Of a stretch of DNA of 64,000 nt, positions 1 to 13,525 are shown piece by piece. Source of the DNA: Sphyrna mokarran (Eukaryota). Under the pieces are notes generated by a model, which was given only the letters and a program-made list of their open reading frames with translations, was not told the origin of the DNA and searched no databases. The stretch's first letter is position 1, and every line of letters begins with the position of its first letter. The stretch lies in the NCBI GenBank assembly GCA_024679065.1, contig JAGIQG010000004.1, positions 97,650,001 to 97,714,000 on the forward strand, given 5' to 3'. Position numbers and translations under genes: made by a program.

Positions 1-333
1 TTTGCGGGAGTTCACCTCTTTAATCAGTTGTAATCAACTGATATAGATGTTCAGGATTTAGACAAGGGCAAGTTTCTTTCGTGTAAAGAGTGAGACTATG
101 CAGCGACCTTATCATCTGCCAGAATTCCTTTCAGGAAGTCAAACTGTTCTTTAGAAAATATCCCTAACTTTTGTTGGGAATAGGTTTAAAAATTGAAACT
201 TAGAAAGAATGTGCAATCCTCTATCAGAACTCCAGTCTTTATGTATATGAATTTAAAAAGTACTCTGCTCAGAAGTATCTTTCCCATAACTACCTTGGGC
301 TGAGACCATCGTGGAACCTGAGTAGATTTTGAA

Positions 334-623
334 AGTTTGTTTGTTATTGTCACAAGCAGACTTACGTTAACACTGCAATGAAGTTCTGTGAAAATCCTCT
401 AGTCGCCACACTCCAGGGCCTGTTCAGGTGCACTGTGGGTGAATTTAGCATGGCCAATGCACCTAACCAGCACGTCTTTTTGGAATGTGCGAGCACCCTC
501 CAGAGAAAACCCATAGAGACATGGAAAGAATGTGCAAACTCCACACTGATGGTGCCCCAAGCTGGAAATTGAATCTGAGACTCTGGCATTGAGGCAGCAG
601 TGCTAACCACTGTGCACCATGCC
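334..623 (-). mobile_element. tRNA-derived SINE (HE1/V-SINE type), tail variant A
   Basis: Minus strand: head TGCACAGTGGTTAGCACTGCTGCCTC, core GGAGTTTGCACATTC...CATTGGCCATGCTAAATT, tail ...ACTTCATTGCAGTGTTAA. Confidence 0.85.
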
Positions 624-926
624 ATCTCAAAGTTTTGAAGTGTCAAAGTTTCTCTGTCACTATTTGTAAATTGTGGTTCTCTGTGGTTCTGTGGTTCTCT
701 CCCTGCCGGTCCCTCCTCCCCTCCTCCCCCCCCATAACTGGCATAACGTTAATGAATGAGGCATGTGAACCCCAGAATGCCGTTCGCACAATTCTCCTGG
801 GGCCCCACCATTCTTTCACCAAGGCCTGCAGACATGCAGGAGCTGGGAAACATTCCCCCCTCCCCCCACCACGGATTGGTGAAACTTCAGCAAACTTTGT
901 GACCTCCTTGTTTCTTTATTTTTCAG

Positions 927-1065
927 GCGGAGTTCCTTAACAGAGAGCAGTACGATGAATGAGCTTCCCATTTCCAAACCCGTGAATGCAGGCAGCATGA
1001 CTCTTCCAGCTGTATCGAAGTCACCCATCACAAGCAAAACCAACATACAATCTGACTTAGACAAT
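927..1065 (+). CDS. SYTL4: SYTL4 linker exon (RSSLTESSTMNELP...SDLDN)
   Basis: Polypyrimidine tract plus tttcag acceptor at 926; open frame; GTATGG donor at 1066; ends in phase 0, matching the next exon. This region is poorly conserved, so homology support is weak. Confidence 0.65.
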
Positions 1066-1896
1066 GTATGGCAATACATTTCTTGTTGTGTTTTACGTAT
1101 TGCGAGTGCATGGCTTTGGTTGATCAATTGGCCACTTCCAGTTTTTATAAAGCAGTTGAGTAGCCATTTAGAAGATATTAAGAGTCAACCATAAACTAAC
1201 TGGAATTAATGGCCAATTGCAGGGTGCAGAGATCAACCCTCGTCCTCCCCAGTTCAAACTATTGATAAACGATCTCAGGGTTTAAAATGCTGAGCGACTG
1301 AGATATAATCAAACTACACTACATTGCTTCAAATTGAACAAATCTCAGTCAAAAGAGAAGAATTCTTTTCCACACAGAATAATGGAAATGGGGAACTGAC
1401 TCGTAGGAAAATCAGTTCAGTCAATTAATCCTTCAAAAAAGACCCAAATATATATGATTGGGAATAAATTAAAAGTTGCAAGAATAGATATAGAGCAGTG
1501 TTACTGACTTTTTGTTGAGGGTCATAATCAGAAATAAACTAACATGACTGACTATGAAATATGAGGAAGGAATAACTTTGCCTCCAAGTAACTGTTTCTC
1601 CCTGGAAAGCATGAGAAGGTAAGGGGCAAATGCTGAATCACACAGTTTAATCTGTAGTTCTTTTAGAAGATAAAGTACATGGAAAAAATTGATCAGAAGG
1701 TAAATTGTATATAGGCATTGAGAATGGTCTGGATGTTATTTAATGGACTTTATAATCCACACTTTCCCAATAAACCAGTCATTAAGTGATATAATTTTAT
1801 GTGACAATGATACTGTATTCAATGTAAAAAATGCAATATATAGCACAATCTACTCAGGCATAATCCAAACATTTATGGAATGTTTTAACCTTTCAG

Positions 1897-1993
1897 GAAA
1901 ATAGCGCAAAAAAACACAGTAAAGTTTCTGTGGATGAAAACGTTCCAGAGAATGTATTTAAAAAGAGTTCAAAAATCACTCTGAAACCCACAG
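1897..1993 (+). CDS. SYTL4: SYTL4 linker exon (ENSAKKHSKVSVDENVPENVFKKSSKITLKPT)
   Basis: tttcag acceptor, G|GTGAGC donor, 97 nt, phase 0->1; resembles the human VDEGEMIFKKNTRKILRPS segment. Confidence 0.88.
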
Positions 1994-3090
1994 GTGAGCT
2001 TCAGCACATCAGTGTCTCTTGAGTCAAATTCAATCAAAAGTTTAACACATTTTGAAAATGTTCCACACGTACAAAGGGGAATCTAGAAGCTTCCTGAGAA
2101 GGAGGAAAATTCAGTCTATGCCACATTTGTTCTCATACTAATGTCAGCTTCAGAGAAAACCTCACAGATACTTAAGTGCAGATCGCTTTGTTACATGGTA
2201 AGACATAATGGCACAAGGAGATTAAGGAATTCTCAATCTCTCATTCACGCTGAACTAGCTGTTCTGTGTAAGGCAATGAGTTTTGATCCTTGTATCTTTT
2301 GTCCAATATGGAGAAAAATCAGCCAAGGTTCCTGCTCCTGATTGATATCCAGTGACCCAAATCGTAAATGTTTTTGGTCATCAAGTTTGGCTGTGAGCCT
2401 CCACCATGGTTGAGCTGCCTGCTGATTTCATTCATTAAGAATAGACCATTGATAAGGTATTGTAATAACAGGACCGTGGAACCACAATCAGGCATCAGTC
2501 ATATTAGCATGTCAAGGTATGAAAACTGAGGGGGTCGGGGTCAGTGAGTGTTGAAACAGAATCTTAAAAAGCTAAAGTCTCACTCTCAAAAATATAAATA
2601 AACAAGATCACAATTCTCAAAGCAATTGGTTATGTTTGTATGCTATACCAGAGATTAAAAACTCAATCCAACGTGATGACTTTAGCTGTCATTTGCAATG
2701 TTATGACGATTTGCTAACTTCAGCCAGGCCTTCAATTAGGAATTCACCTTGTTTCTCAACTGACCACAGAATGCTTTTGGCAGAAGCTATTGTTGTTTTA
2801 GAGACATTGATATGATTGCTTGTTTATCTGTGTCTGCATTGTGAAATATGAGATGATGAATAGCTGTATCTAATACATGGATTGTCTTTGTGTGTGGTGT
2901 TTCAGGTATCTGGACTGTTTTTTGCCAAGTTTGGTTTAACATAGAGGCTATTTGGCCAGAGTCTCAAGCAAAATTCAGTGAAACCCTCATTCAAACTCCA
3001 TAAAATTAGGATGAGCAGAAGTACCACCAAGTGCAGTTTTACCCCAGTTATGCTTTGAAATAATTATTTTATATTTATATCCTCTCTTAG

Positions 3091-3194
3091 ATTATAGTAA
3101 ATCTGTGGTGGATCTTCGCATATCGGATTCTACAAACGTAGGTGATTCCATGGGAGACCGTAGTCGTTCAGTTCCAGGTCTCAATGTGGAGCAG
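3091..3194 (+). CDS. SYTL4: SYTL4 exon (DYSKSVVDLR...GDRSRSVPGLNVEQ)
   Basis: ctctcttag acceptor, CAG|GT donor, 104 nt, phase 1->0; contains the conserved Slp RSxSVP motif. Confidence 0.93.
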
Positions 3195-5698
3195 GTCTGT
3201 GTGTGTATGTTTTTGTGTGAAATTTATACTCTGCATCTGGTTCAGCGATCACCACTTTCAGGACATTGCCTATTTGGTCCTATCCCTCTCCTCCACCATT
3301 GCTGAGATCTTATTACCATGAGAAACAAATTTTTAAATACTCTTCATCAATTTTAGTTGTCCTTCAAAATTTAAGTTTATCCAAAACTTTGCAGAGCTCG
3401 TATCCTCTCCTACAGGAAGCCATTGCCACTTAAACCATTCTCATGCTTCCCAATGTCCCTGTGTCCCATAAACTGATTTCAAAATCCTCATTCTCAATTG
3501 CCCCCATTATAATGGTCTAATCTAGCTTCACCATGTATGCGCTCCATCCTTCTGAATCCAGTTTACTCTTCCTGTTCCCTCTGCTCCACACTTAAAGCCA
3601 AGCTTTAAAGGGTTATATTTCTGCTGCCTTTTCCCAAGTCACTTTGACTTATCCGCTGCTTCCCTGCCTTCAAAGCCTAACCCTTTTTTGTATCCATTGC
3701 ATAACCCTCTCCTTCCCTATTTTCCATCCACTGCTCCCTTTTATAAACACATGCAAATTTTTTGTTGCATGTGGATTTACAAATTGTTTTGCTGTTTAAA
3801 CTTGGAGTGGGATGCTAATCAAGACACTTTCTGTGCCCTAGATTATTGTGTCATATATCTCCCACACAAGTCACAGTAACATGCCTGTATTTCACTTATG
3901 AAACAAATAATATAATTGGTAGAATAATGGCATTGAACCAAAAACTGAAATCTCATAACATTTATTATGTAGTTTCCACATACATTATGTCAAATCATTA
4001 TTATGAGGTTTCTCACCGACGACAAATTATTGAACATTTGCCTTTTTATCCACATTATATCAAGACAACAGAAATGTTATTTCATATTATCCAAATAACT
4101 ATTATTTCAACATTTTCTTCATGAAGTAATTTACTGGGTGCATTTCAATGTGTTGGTAGATGTATGGTATACAAAATGACTCTTTATATTAGGGCATTGA
4201 TTAATTTCCATCTACATTTAGACAATTGAAAATCAGACTTTAAACTACAATGAAAGATTTAACTGACTCATTTGGTGGGATTTTCCAAACTTTGTCCCTG
4301 GCAGATGGTTTTAAAGTTCAGCAAGCTGTTGATAGCTCAAATGAGCTTTGCTGAGAGTCTTTAATTCAGCCGTATATTGGTTACCCACATCCAAGTTCCC
4401 TAACTAATCATGACAGATGGGCAGTCCTGAGATTTAACATACTGTACAAGCTAATGGTTAAGTTAATAAAATATATAAAAATAAAATTATATAAACCAGT
4501 GAATAGTATAATTAATTAATTATGGATGGCAGGGTAGATGATGTTAAGGCTGCAGCATGTGGGAGCTCCTGGATAACATGGTCTGCAAACATGTCTGCAG
4601 TGGGTGTTTGTGGCTTGTGAAGCTTCAGTTCAGAGTAATTGAGCTGGAGGTACTGAAACACATTAGGGAGTGAGAAAGTTACCTGCGTGCTTTATACCAG
4701 GAAGCAGTCACACCACTAAGAATAGAGTCTTCTCATTTGATCATTCGTCAGGGACAGGATGGTGGTTCATTGCTGAAACAGATAAGGGGTCTCAGAGGGC
4801 AGGGATGTCAGCCTCTGTAATTGTCCCATATGTTTGTGGTTCTCTCAGCTTGTTTGGATGAGAGTGGGGTCTGCAAGGTAGATGAGCAAACTGACCATGG
4901 CACCATTGTTCTACACAGCAACAAGTGAGGGTCCAGATGGCTGTGTCGCCTGCTCATTCCAGGGTTTAGTTCATCTGCTCAGGGCTGGCGAGAAATCCAC
5001 GTAGGTATCACTGACATAGAAGGAGGTTTTGCCTAGAGTATGAGGAACGAGACGCCAAATTAAAAAGCAGAACCTGAAAAGTTATAATCTCTGGGTTATT
5101 ACCTGAGCTTTGGGCAAATTAGCATAGGATACATAAAATGAAGGAGATGAATATGTGGCTCAAAGATTGGTGTGAGAGAAATGGGTTAAGATTTGTGGGG
5201 CACTGGCACCTGTACTGTGGAAAGTGGGAGCTGTACTATTCGGACAATTGCACCTGAACCACATTGGGACCAATGTTCTTGCAAGCCACATAAGTAGGGA
5301 GCACAGGGAGTTTAAAATTAAATAGTGGTGCGAGGGAACAAAGGTGGGCAGATGTGAAATAAGTGTAAGGAAGAGAGGAAGGTACGAATGTGGGAAATGA
5401 TAAACAGCTCGTATCAGGAAGACAGAGTACAAATCTAACAGTAAATCAACAGATAATGCTAGAGGTTGCAAAAGTAATAAAAGGACAAATCTTAAGGCTC
5501 TGTCTCTGTATGCACGTTTCATTTGAAACAAAATAGATGAATTGATCGTGCAAATAGAGATTAAAAGGAATGATTTAATTGCCATTATAGAAGAATAACT
5601 ACAGGATGGCATTGATTGGGACCTGAATATTGATAGGTATGTAACTTTTAGGAAGGATAGGAAGTCAGGAAAAGGTGGTCCTGTTAATTAAAGACAGT

Positions 5699-6430
5699 GG
5701 ATGGGATCATGAGCCCGCACTGTTTGTTCATAGATCGCCAGTGGAGGCTGAAGATCCAACAAAACCTGGAAATCTCGAATCTCGATGATATTGCAATTTC
5801 TGATCCTCGCTGACGACATAATTAGGTTCAAGCCTTTAGTAAGCAAGAACCTCATTTGCATTAATTTTAATTTTTAATATAATTAAACAATCCCCTCACC
5901 AGATCCACTCCCACCCCAACTAGATTTTTGTTTTACAACAGGTTCACCCAGACGTGAACCTGTCAAGGAGATTCCCCTTCTCAATCAACCCACCCAGGGA
6001 GTTAAGGTAGGTATAGTCTCTGATGGAGAAGGACGTGGGCAGACAGAACCATGGCTGTGGCTCATGGCACTGCAGTGCCATATGTGGAGGTGCCAAATTA
6101 TGCCAGAGGACAATGCCAGGGGCAGACCCTAAGGGGAGCCTCACTTGCAGGGATTTGTGTATTTGTGGGAGCGAGGGGATAACAGTAATGATCAGGGAGA
6201 AGGGGCCCAATGCCAGTGATAATCACAGGAGGGATGGAGTTGTGGGACAGTTACATATGCCTTTGTGGAGGATGGGGGGAGATAAACTTTTGTTCAGTGA
6301 ACCAGTTCCTGACACAACGAGTCCCTTCCCTCAGCAGACTGATGGCACAAACCATGCCCACTTTTTTCCACAGTTAATGTCACATGATCTGAAGAGAAAA
6401 CTGGCCAGTGGAGCTGGAAAATCCCTTGCC
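5699..6430. mobile_element. Non-autonomous PIF/Harbinger-type element (MITE) inserted in CR1
   Basis: Degenerate TIRs (GGATGGGATC / GGAAAATCCCTTGCC); flanked by AGT...AGT (5696-5698, 6431-6433); CR1 endonuclease sequence resumes on both sides. Confidence 0.65.
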
Positions 6431-7789
6431 AGTATTCTCATTAGGACTGATGCTCTGCAAAGTTCTCCTAACATCGGGAGAATCTTAACACACCAGAGAG
6501 AGAGCTGAACTAAGTTCAGGAAACCAGGATATAGAAGTGATTTGGGTAGAGATGAGGAATAACAAAGGCAAAATGCCACTTGTGGAAGTGCTGTATAGGC
6601 CCCCTAACTATAATCACATGTAAGATGGGATATCAAAGAAGAAATAGTAGAATGGCAGTTATCATGGGGGATTTTAATCTATATATAGACTAGAATAACC
6701 AGGTAAACAAAAGTATTTAGATGACAAATTCATAGAATGGTTTCAGGATAATTTCTGAGATCAGCATATTCTGAATCCAACCAGGAAGCCGGCTATACCA
6801 TACTTGGTATTTTGCAATCAGATAAGATTAATGCATGAACTTAGTGAAGGTGTCCCTAGATAACAATAACATCATTGAATTTTACATTCAGTTTGAAGGA
6901 GATGGGTTAAGACTAGCATTGTGAATTTAATTAAAGACAATTATAGGAGCATAAAAGGAGAGCTAGTGGAAGTGAACTGTCAATTTATATTGAGGAGTAG
7001 GTCAATAGAGATGCAGTGGCAGATATTTAAGGGGATATTTCAGAATATACAGAATAGTTATACTCCAGTGAAAAAGAAAAATTCCAAGGGGAGGATGCAC
7101 CATCAGCGGTTAGTTAAAAAAGATAAACATAGTATCAAATATGAAGAAAAACCATGTGAATGTACAAAGATGAGTGACAAATCAGAAAATGGTAGCGGGT
7201 CAGAAGAAATAAAGCAAAGAATAACTAAAAGATTGATAAAAAGGGAAAACTTAGAGTATGAGAGAAAACCAGATGTAAATATAAAGACAGTAAGAGTTTC
7301 TGGAGATATTTTGAAACAAAAAGTTAACAGGAGTGAGTGTTAGCCCCATAGACAGTGAGTCTGGAGAATTAATAATGAAAAAATACAGAGATGGCCGATG
7401 AACTGAACAGGTATTTTGCATCAGTTTTCACTATAGAAGACACAAATGACATCCCAGAAATTACTAAATCAGGAATTGGGAGGGAGCCGAGGATCTCTAG
7501 AAAATTACAATCACCAGGAAAGTGATACTGAACAAATTGATGGAGCTATTTGCTGACAAGATCCCAAATCTTGATGGATTTCATCAAAAGGTCTTTTTAA
7601 AAAAAAAAAATGGCTACTGAGACAGTTGCTGCATTGGTTTTCATTTTCCAAATTTCACTAGATTGAGGAAAGGTTCCATTAGATTGGAACCTAAACACAA
7701 AACTGGGAACACAAAACATAACGTGCCTCATCAGAAGTTATTAAGGAAATAAAAGCTCATGGCGTAGGTGGTAACATATTGGCATCTAT

Positions 7790-8085
7790 TTTAGTTTTAT
7801 TTCTTAGTATTACAAGTAGGCTTATATTAACACTGCAGTGAAGTTGCTGTGAAAATCCCATAGTCACCACACTTCAGTACCTGTAAGAATATATGGAGGG
7901 AAAATTTAACGTGGCCAATGCACTTAACCAGCACGTCTTTCAGACTGAGAGAGGAAACTGGAGCCCCCATAGGAAACCCATGCAGACACTGGGAGAATGT
8001 CTAGACTCTGCACAGTGACCCAAGCCAAAAATCGAACGCAGGTCCCTGGCACTGAGAGGCAGCAGTGCTAATCACTGTGTCACCT
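7790..8085 (-). mobile_element. HE1/V-type SINE (tail variant A) nested in CR1
   Basis: Same head, core and tail as 334-623; it splits the CR1 RT sequence. Confidence 0.85.
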
Positions 8086-10227
8086 GCCTGCTCCGAATAG
8101 AGATTAGTTAGTTAATGGGAAACATTGTAGACATAAATGGATCATTTTCTGCCACATGGATCAATACTGGGACCTCAACTCTTTGCATTTTATATAAATG
8201 ACATGGACTGAAGGGATAGTTGCCAAATTTGCTGACGACACATAGTAGTAAAGTAAATTGTGAAGCAGACATAAGGAGGACACAAAAGAATGTAGCTAGT
8301 TTAGGTGAGTAGGTAAAGATCTGTCAAATGGGTGATGATGTGGGGAAATGTGAGGTTGTCAGAGGTGGCAGGATGAATAATAAAGAAGCACATTATGTGA
8401 ATTGTGAGAGTTTGCAGAGCTCTGAAGTGCAGAAGGATCTGAGTATCTTCGTACATAAATCATAAAAGGTTAGCATACAGGTACTGCAAATAACTAGCAA
8501 AGCTAATAGTATATTGTTGCTATTTGCATGGGGAATTGAATACAAAAGTAGGGAGGTTATGCTTCAATTGTGCACGACTTGGTGAGACCACACCTGGTGT
8601 ATTATGTACAGTGTTGATCTCCTTATTTAAGGAAAGGTATAAATGCGTTGGAAGCAGTTCTGAGAATGTTTACTGGTTTAACACTGAGAATTTGCAAGTT
8701 GCCTTGTTAGGAAAGGTTGGACAGGCTAGGCTTGTGTTCACTGAAATTTAAAAGAGTAAGAAGCAACTTGACTGAAATATATGAGATTGCGAGTCTTAAA
8801 AGGATGGATGTAAATAGGATGTTTCTTCTTATAGGCAAATCTAGAACTAGGGGCTATATAAGGGGTTGCCCATTTTAGACAGATGAAGGGGAAAATGTCA
8901 CATGGGGTTGCGAGATTTTGGAATTATCTTCCTCAAAAGGTGGTTGAGGCAGAGACTATGAATATCTTTAAGGCAGAAGTCAATAGATTCTTGATAAGCA
9001 AGGGAGTTAAAGTTTAATGGGCATAGGCAGAATTATGAAGTTGATAAAATTAAATCAGCCATTATCTTATTGAATGGTGGGGTGTGCTCACGGGCCAAGA
9101 AGTCTACATCTGTTCCTAGTTCATATATTTTAAGGGCTAACTGAAACAAGGAGCACAATTATAAAATTTGAGTTTGGCCTTTCAGGAGTGAAATCCAGAA
9201 ACATATTTTTGCACAGAGTGTTAGAAAGCTGGAATTTTCTCCTCCAAAAATTTAACTGATCAATTGAAATTTTTCATAGGTAAATTGAATTGAGGCGTGA
9301 ATTAGCTGTGATTTGACAGCAAGAACAGGCCTGAATGGATCGAATGGACTAGTCCTGCTTCTATGTAAATGGAATATCCAATTTCAATTTAAGTGTGAAC
9401 AAGAGTTTTCCAAAGCTTTCATTTCCACTTTGACGCTTTAGGTTAGGTTCTGCTCATCAAACTCCTCCACTCTGAATAAGTCAGCAGGATACAAGAAAGA
9501 GGGGCAATAGTATACCATACTACCACATCTTAAGTATAATTTTGTCTGATCTTAGGTTTCAACTCCATATTTCCACCTGTTCCCAACATTCCTTTATCCC
9601 CTGAGATGCTGAACATAGTTAATGATGGAGCATCTATGATACTCTGGCATGGAGAATTCCAAAGATTCACAACACTTGACAGCAATTTCGCCTCATCTCA
9701 GTACAACATGATCTGATCTGATATTCCCCAACCAGCAGAAACAACCTCTGTGCCTACACTGTAAAGCCCCTTCCGAATCTTGTATGTTTCAGTGAGATGC
9801 TCTCTCTATTTCTTCTAAATTTTGGACAATATAGGCCCAATTTGCCCAGCCTTCCACCAAACACAACTCTCATCTGAGGGAACATTGAAGCTATTAAATC
9901 TTTAGCATGTTGGCACAAAAATTGACAAAACAGAGGACGAACAGTTCCAAATGCTAAATTGTGTTTTTCATAAGTGTTATTCCTGAGGGGAAACCAAGCT
10001 TGGTGCTGCATGCTCTCCTAACATGAGATTTGATAGTTCAAGATTGCTCTAGAGCATCCTGAATGCCTAATTGCTAAAAACTGAGAAACAGACAGATAAC
10101 TTTTTTTCTGAATTCAGAAGGGGAAGTTAAAAAGCAATTGCTTCAACAGTTAACCATACTTGCTACAGAAGCAGTCCCCACATTGAACTTTGCTGCTCTA
10201 ATTTTTGTAATTTATACCTTTTGACAG

Positions 10228-10314
10228 GAGGAGGAGGAAGAAGACATTGATAAATTGGTGAAAATCCACCGGCTGACAAGTGCTCGCCACAGCCTCAAGA
10301 GTGGCAATTCTGTC
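10228..10314 (+). CDS. SYTL4: SYTL4 exon (EEEEEDIDKLVKIHRLTSARHSLKSGNSV)
   Basis: ttttgacag acceptor, GTAAGT donor, 87 nt, phase 0->0; acidic run followed by the DIDxLV motif. Confidence 0.93.
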
Positions 10315-10607
10315 GTAAGTGACTCAGCAAAATATTGTAATATAAGATGCATGCACAGAAACCAATATAAGACTAAATTTAATGTCCATTCATAGTCTGA
10401 ATGGAGACTATGTGAACTAAATGCTTCACTAAGATGTTCTACTATTGAGCAGTATTTCCTAGTACAGGCTGATTGTATTGATGCAGGAACTCTTTCCATG
10501 TGTTATAGTGTGATGATAGATACTTGTGTATTTTCTTATTTTGTGTTCTTTCCTTCTCAACGTATTGTTCAGCCTCCCTTAATACCCTATTCCAGCAGAT
10601 CTTTGGG

Positions 10608-13525
10608 TTTTTTTTATTCATTCATGGGATATGGGCATCACTGGCTGGCCAGCATTTATTGCCCATTCCTAGTTGCCCTTGAGAAGGTGATGGTGAGCTG
10701 TCTTCTTGAATCGCTACAGTCCATGTTCTGTGGGTTGTCCCACAATGCTATTAGGTAGGAAATTCCAGGATTTTGACCTAGCAGCTACAAAGAAATGGCA
10801 ATATATTTTCAAGTCAGGATGGTGAGTGGCTTGGAGGACAACTTGCAAGTGGTGGTGTTCCCATTTATCTGCCGCCCTTGACCTTCTAGATGGAAGTGGT
10901 CATGGGTTTGGAAGATGTTGTCTAAGGATCTTTGGTGAATTGCTGCGGTGCATCTTGTAGATAGTATGTATTGCTGTTACTGACCATTGGTGGTGGAGGG
11001 ATTAAATGTATGTAGATGTGGTGTCAATCAAGTGGGCTGTTTTGTCCTGGATGGTGTAAAGCTTTTTGAGCGTTGTTGGAGCTGCACCCATCCAGGTAAG
11101 TGGGGAGTATTCCATCACACTCCTGACTTGTGCCTTCTAGATGGTGGGTGAGCTTTGGGGAGTCAGGAAGTGAATTACTTGCTGCAGTACTCCTAGCCTC
11201 TAACCTGCTGTTGTAGCCATTGTGTTTATGTGGTGAGTACAGTTGAATTTCTGGTCAATTGTAATCCCAAGGATGTTGACAGTGAGGGATCTAGTGAAAG
11301 TTAAGAGGCTGTGGTTATGGTCATTGCTTGGCATCTGTGTGGCACGAATGTTTCTTGCTGCTTGTCAGCTCAAGCTGATTGAGAATAGACTGATTGGGTG
11401 GTAATTGGCTGGGTTGGATTTGTCCTGCTTTTTGTGTACAGGACATACCTGTGCAATTTTTCACAAATTGGGTAAATGCCAGTATTGTAACTGTATTGGA
11501 AGAGCTTGGCTAGAGGAGCGGCAAGTTCTGGAGAACCAAGTCTTCAGTACTATTGCTGGAATGTTATCAGGGCCCAGGGCCTTTGCAGTATCCAGTGCCT
11601 TCACGTGGAGTGAATCAAATTGACTGAAGACTGGCATCTGACATGTCGGGGACCACTGGAAGTAGTTGAGATGAATCATCCATTTGGCACTTCTGACTAA
11701 AGATTGCTTCAGTTTTATTTTTTGCACAGATGTGTTGGGCTTCTCCATCATTGAGGATGGGGATATTTGTGGGGCCTGCTCCTCCAGTAAGTTGTTTAAT
11801 TGTCCACCACCATTCTTGACCGGATGTGGAAGGACTGCAGAGCATAGATCTGATCCGTTGGTTGTAGGATCGCTTAGCTCTGTCTATCACTTACCATTTT
11901 TGCCATTTGGGATGCAAATAGTCCTGTTTTTTAACTTTGCCATGTTGACACTTCATTATTAGTATGCCTAGTGCTGCTCGGGGCATGTCCTCTTGCACTC
12001 TCCATTGAACAAGAGTGGATCCGCTGACTTGATATTAATGGTTGAGTGGGATTATGCTGGAGTATAATTCCACTGCTGTTGATGGCCCACAGCACCTCAT
12101 GGATATCCCATCTTGAGTTGCTTGTTTGGTTTGAAGTCTGTCCTATTTAGTGCCCCACAATTATTCTCATTATTCTCAATGTGAAGGTGGGACTTCATCT
12201 CACAAGGACTGTGCAGTGGTCACTCTTAATGATACCATCATAGGCAGATGCATCTGCAGCCAGCAGATTCATAAGGATGAGGTCAATTATGCTTTTTCCT
12301 CTTGGTTCCTTCACCACCTACAGTAGACCCAATCCAGCAGTCATATCCTTTAGGACATGACCAGTCATGTTGTTGCCAAGCCATTTTTGTGGATATTGAA
12401 ATTCCCCCCCACCCAGAGTACATTTTGTGCCCATGCCACCCTCAGTGCTTCCTCCAAGTGTTGCTCAACATAGAGGAATACTGATTCATCAGCTGAAAGT
12501 GGATGGTACGTGGTAACCAGAAAGAGGATTCCTTGTTTAACCTGAAGCCATGAGACTTCATGGGGTCAGGCGTCGATGTTAAGAACTCCCAGGGCAACTC
12601 CCTCATGACTGTATACCATTGTGCTGCCACCTCTGATGGATCTGTCCTGCCGGTAGGGCGCAACATATCCAGGGATAGTAATGGTGGTGTCTGGGGTATT
12701 ATCTGTAAGGTATGATTCTGTGAGAATGACTATGTCAGGCTGTTGCTTGATTAGTCTCTGATTCCGTTCTCCCAATTTTGGCACTGGCCCCCAGATGTGA
12801 TGTGATCGGCGCAACTCGTGGGCCGAAGAGCCTGTTTGTGCTGTAGTGTTCTATGTTCTATGTCAATACGGAGGACTTTGCAGGGTCAAAAAGACTGTTT
12901 TGCCGTTGACTTTCCTAGTGCCTAGGTCGATGCCAGGTGATCCGTCTGGTTTCATTTCTTTGTTAAGACTTTATAACAATTATTACAACTGAGTGGTTTG
13001 CTAGGGTCACTTCAGAAGGCAGTTGGGAGTCAACCACATTGCTGTGACCCTAAAGTCATATGTAGGCCAGACCAGGTAAGGATGGCAGATTTCCATCCCT
13101 AAAAACCATTTGTGAACCAGATGGGCTTTTCCGACAATGGTTTCATGGTCATCAGTAGATTTTTAATTCCAGATTTTTTTATTGAATTCAAATTCCACCA
13201 TCTACCATGGCGGGCTTCGAACCCAGATCCTCAGAACATTAATTGGATGTCTGGATTAACAGCTGAGCAATAATACAGAGGAGATGTCAGAGATAAGTCT
13301 TTCATTCAGAAGGTGATGAGTGAATGGAATCAGCTGCCATTGGTGGTTGTAGAGGCAAACTCTCGGGTCTTTTATGAGACTTCTGGATGAGTATATCAGA
13401 TTTAATGGGATTGAGGGTTATAGCTAGGCCTGGTAGGTAGGGATATGATCGGCGCAACTTGTGGGCCAAAGACCTGTTTGTGCTGTAGTGTTCTATGTTC
13501 TATAATACCGTGAGACCATCGCCTT
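10608..13525 (-). mobile_element. Non-LTR retrotransposon (APE endonuclease plus RT; a family distinct from the CR1 copies), degenerate, with a tRNA-like 5' head
   Basis: Minus-strand ORF pieces: QQPDIVILTESYL...IPGY...RQDR...GG (endonuclease) and KALGPDNIPAIVLKT (RT start). 3' tail GGGCAATAAATGCTGGCC...ATGAATGAATAAAAAAA. B-box-like GGGTTCGAAGCCC at the 5' end. Confidence 0.85.
13277..13501 (+). mobile_element. 5'-truncated CR1 3' fragment with a 7-bp target-site duplication
   Basis: CR1 terminal WNQLP coding segment plus (GTTCTAT)n tail; ATAATAC flanks at 13270-13276 and 13502-13508. Confidence 0.85.

Larger units (their letters stand above)
4500..9120 (+). mobile_element. Old degenerate near-full-length CR1 LINE (ORF1 and ORF2 remnants), interrupted by a MITE and a SINE
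   Basis: ORF1-like Cys-rich start near 4550; endonuclease motifs (YRPP near 6595, MGDFN near 6664); RT KFADDT near 8225; CR1 C-terminus and 3' UTR; many stops and frameshifts. Confidence 0.85.

Noticed and set aside
6023-6508. 161-aa ORF as a gene
   Set aside because: It spans a MITE/CR1 junction, has no recognisable domain and no splice support.
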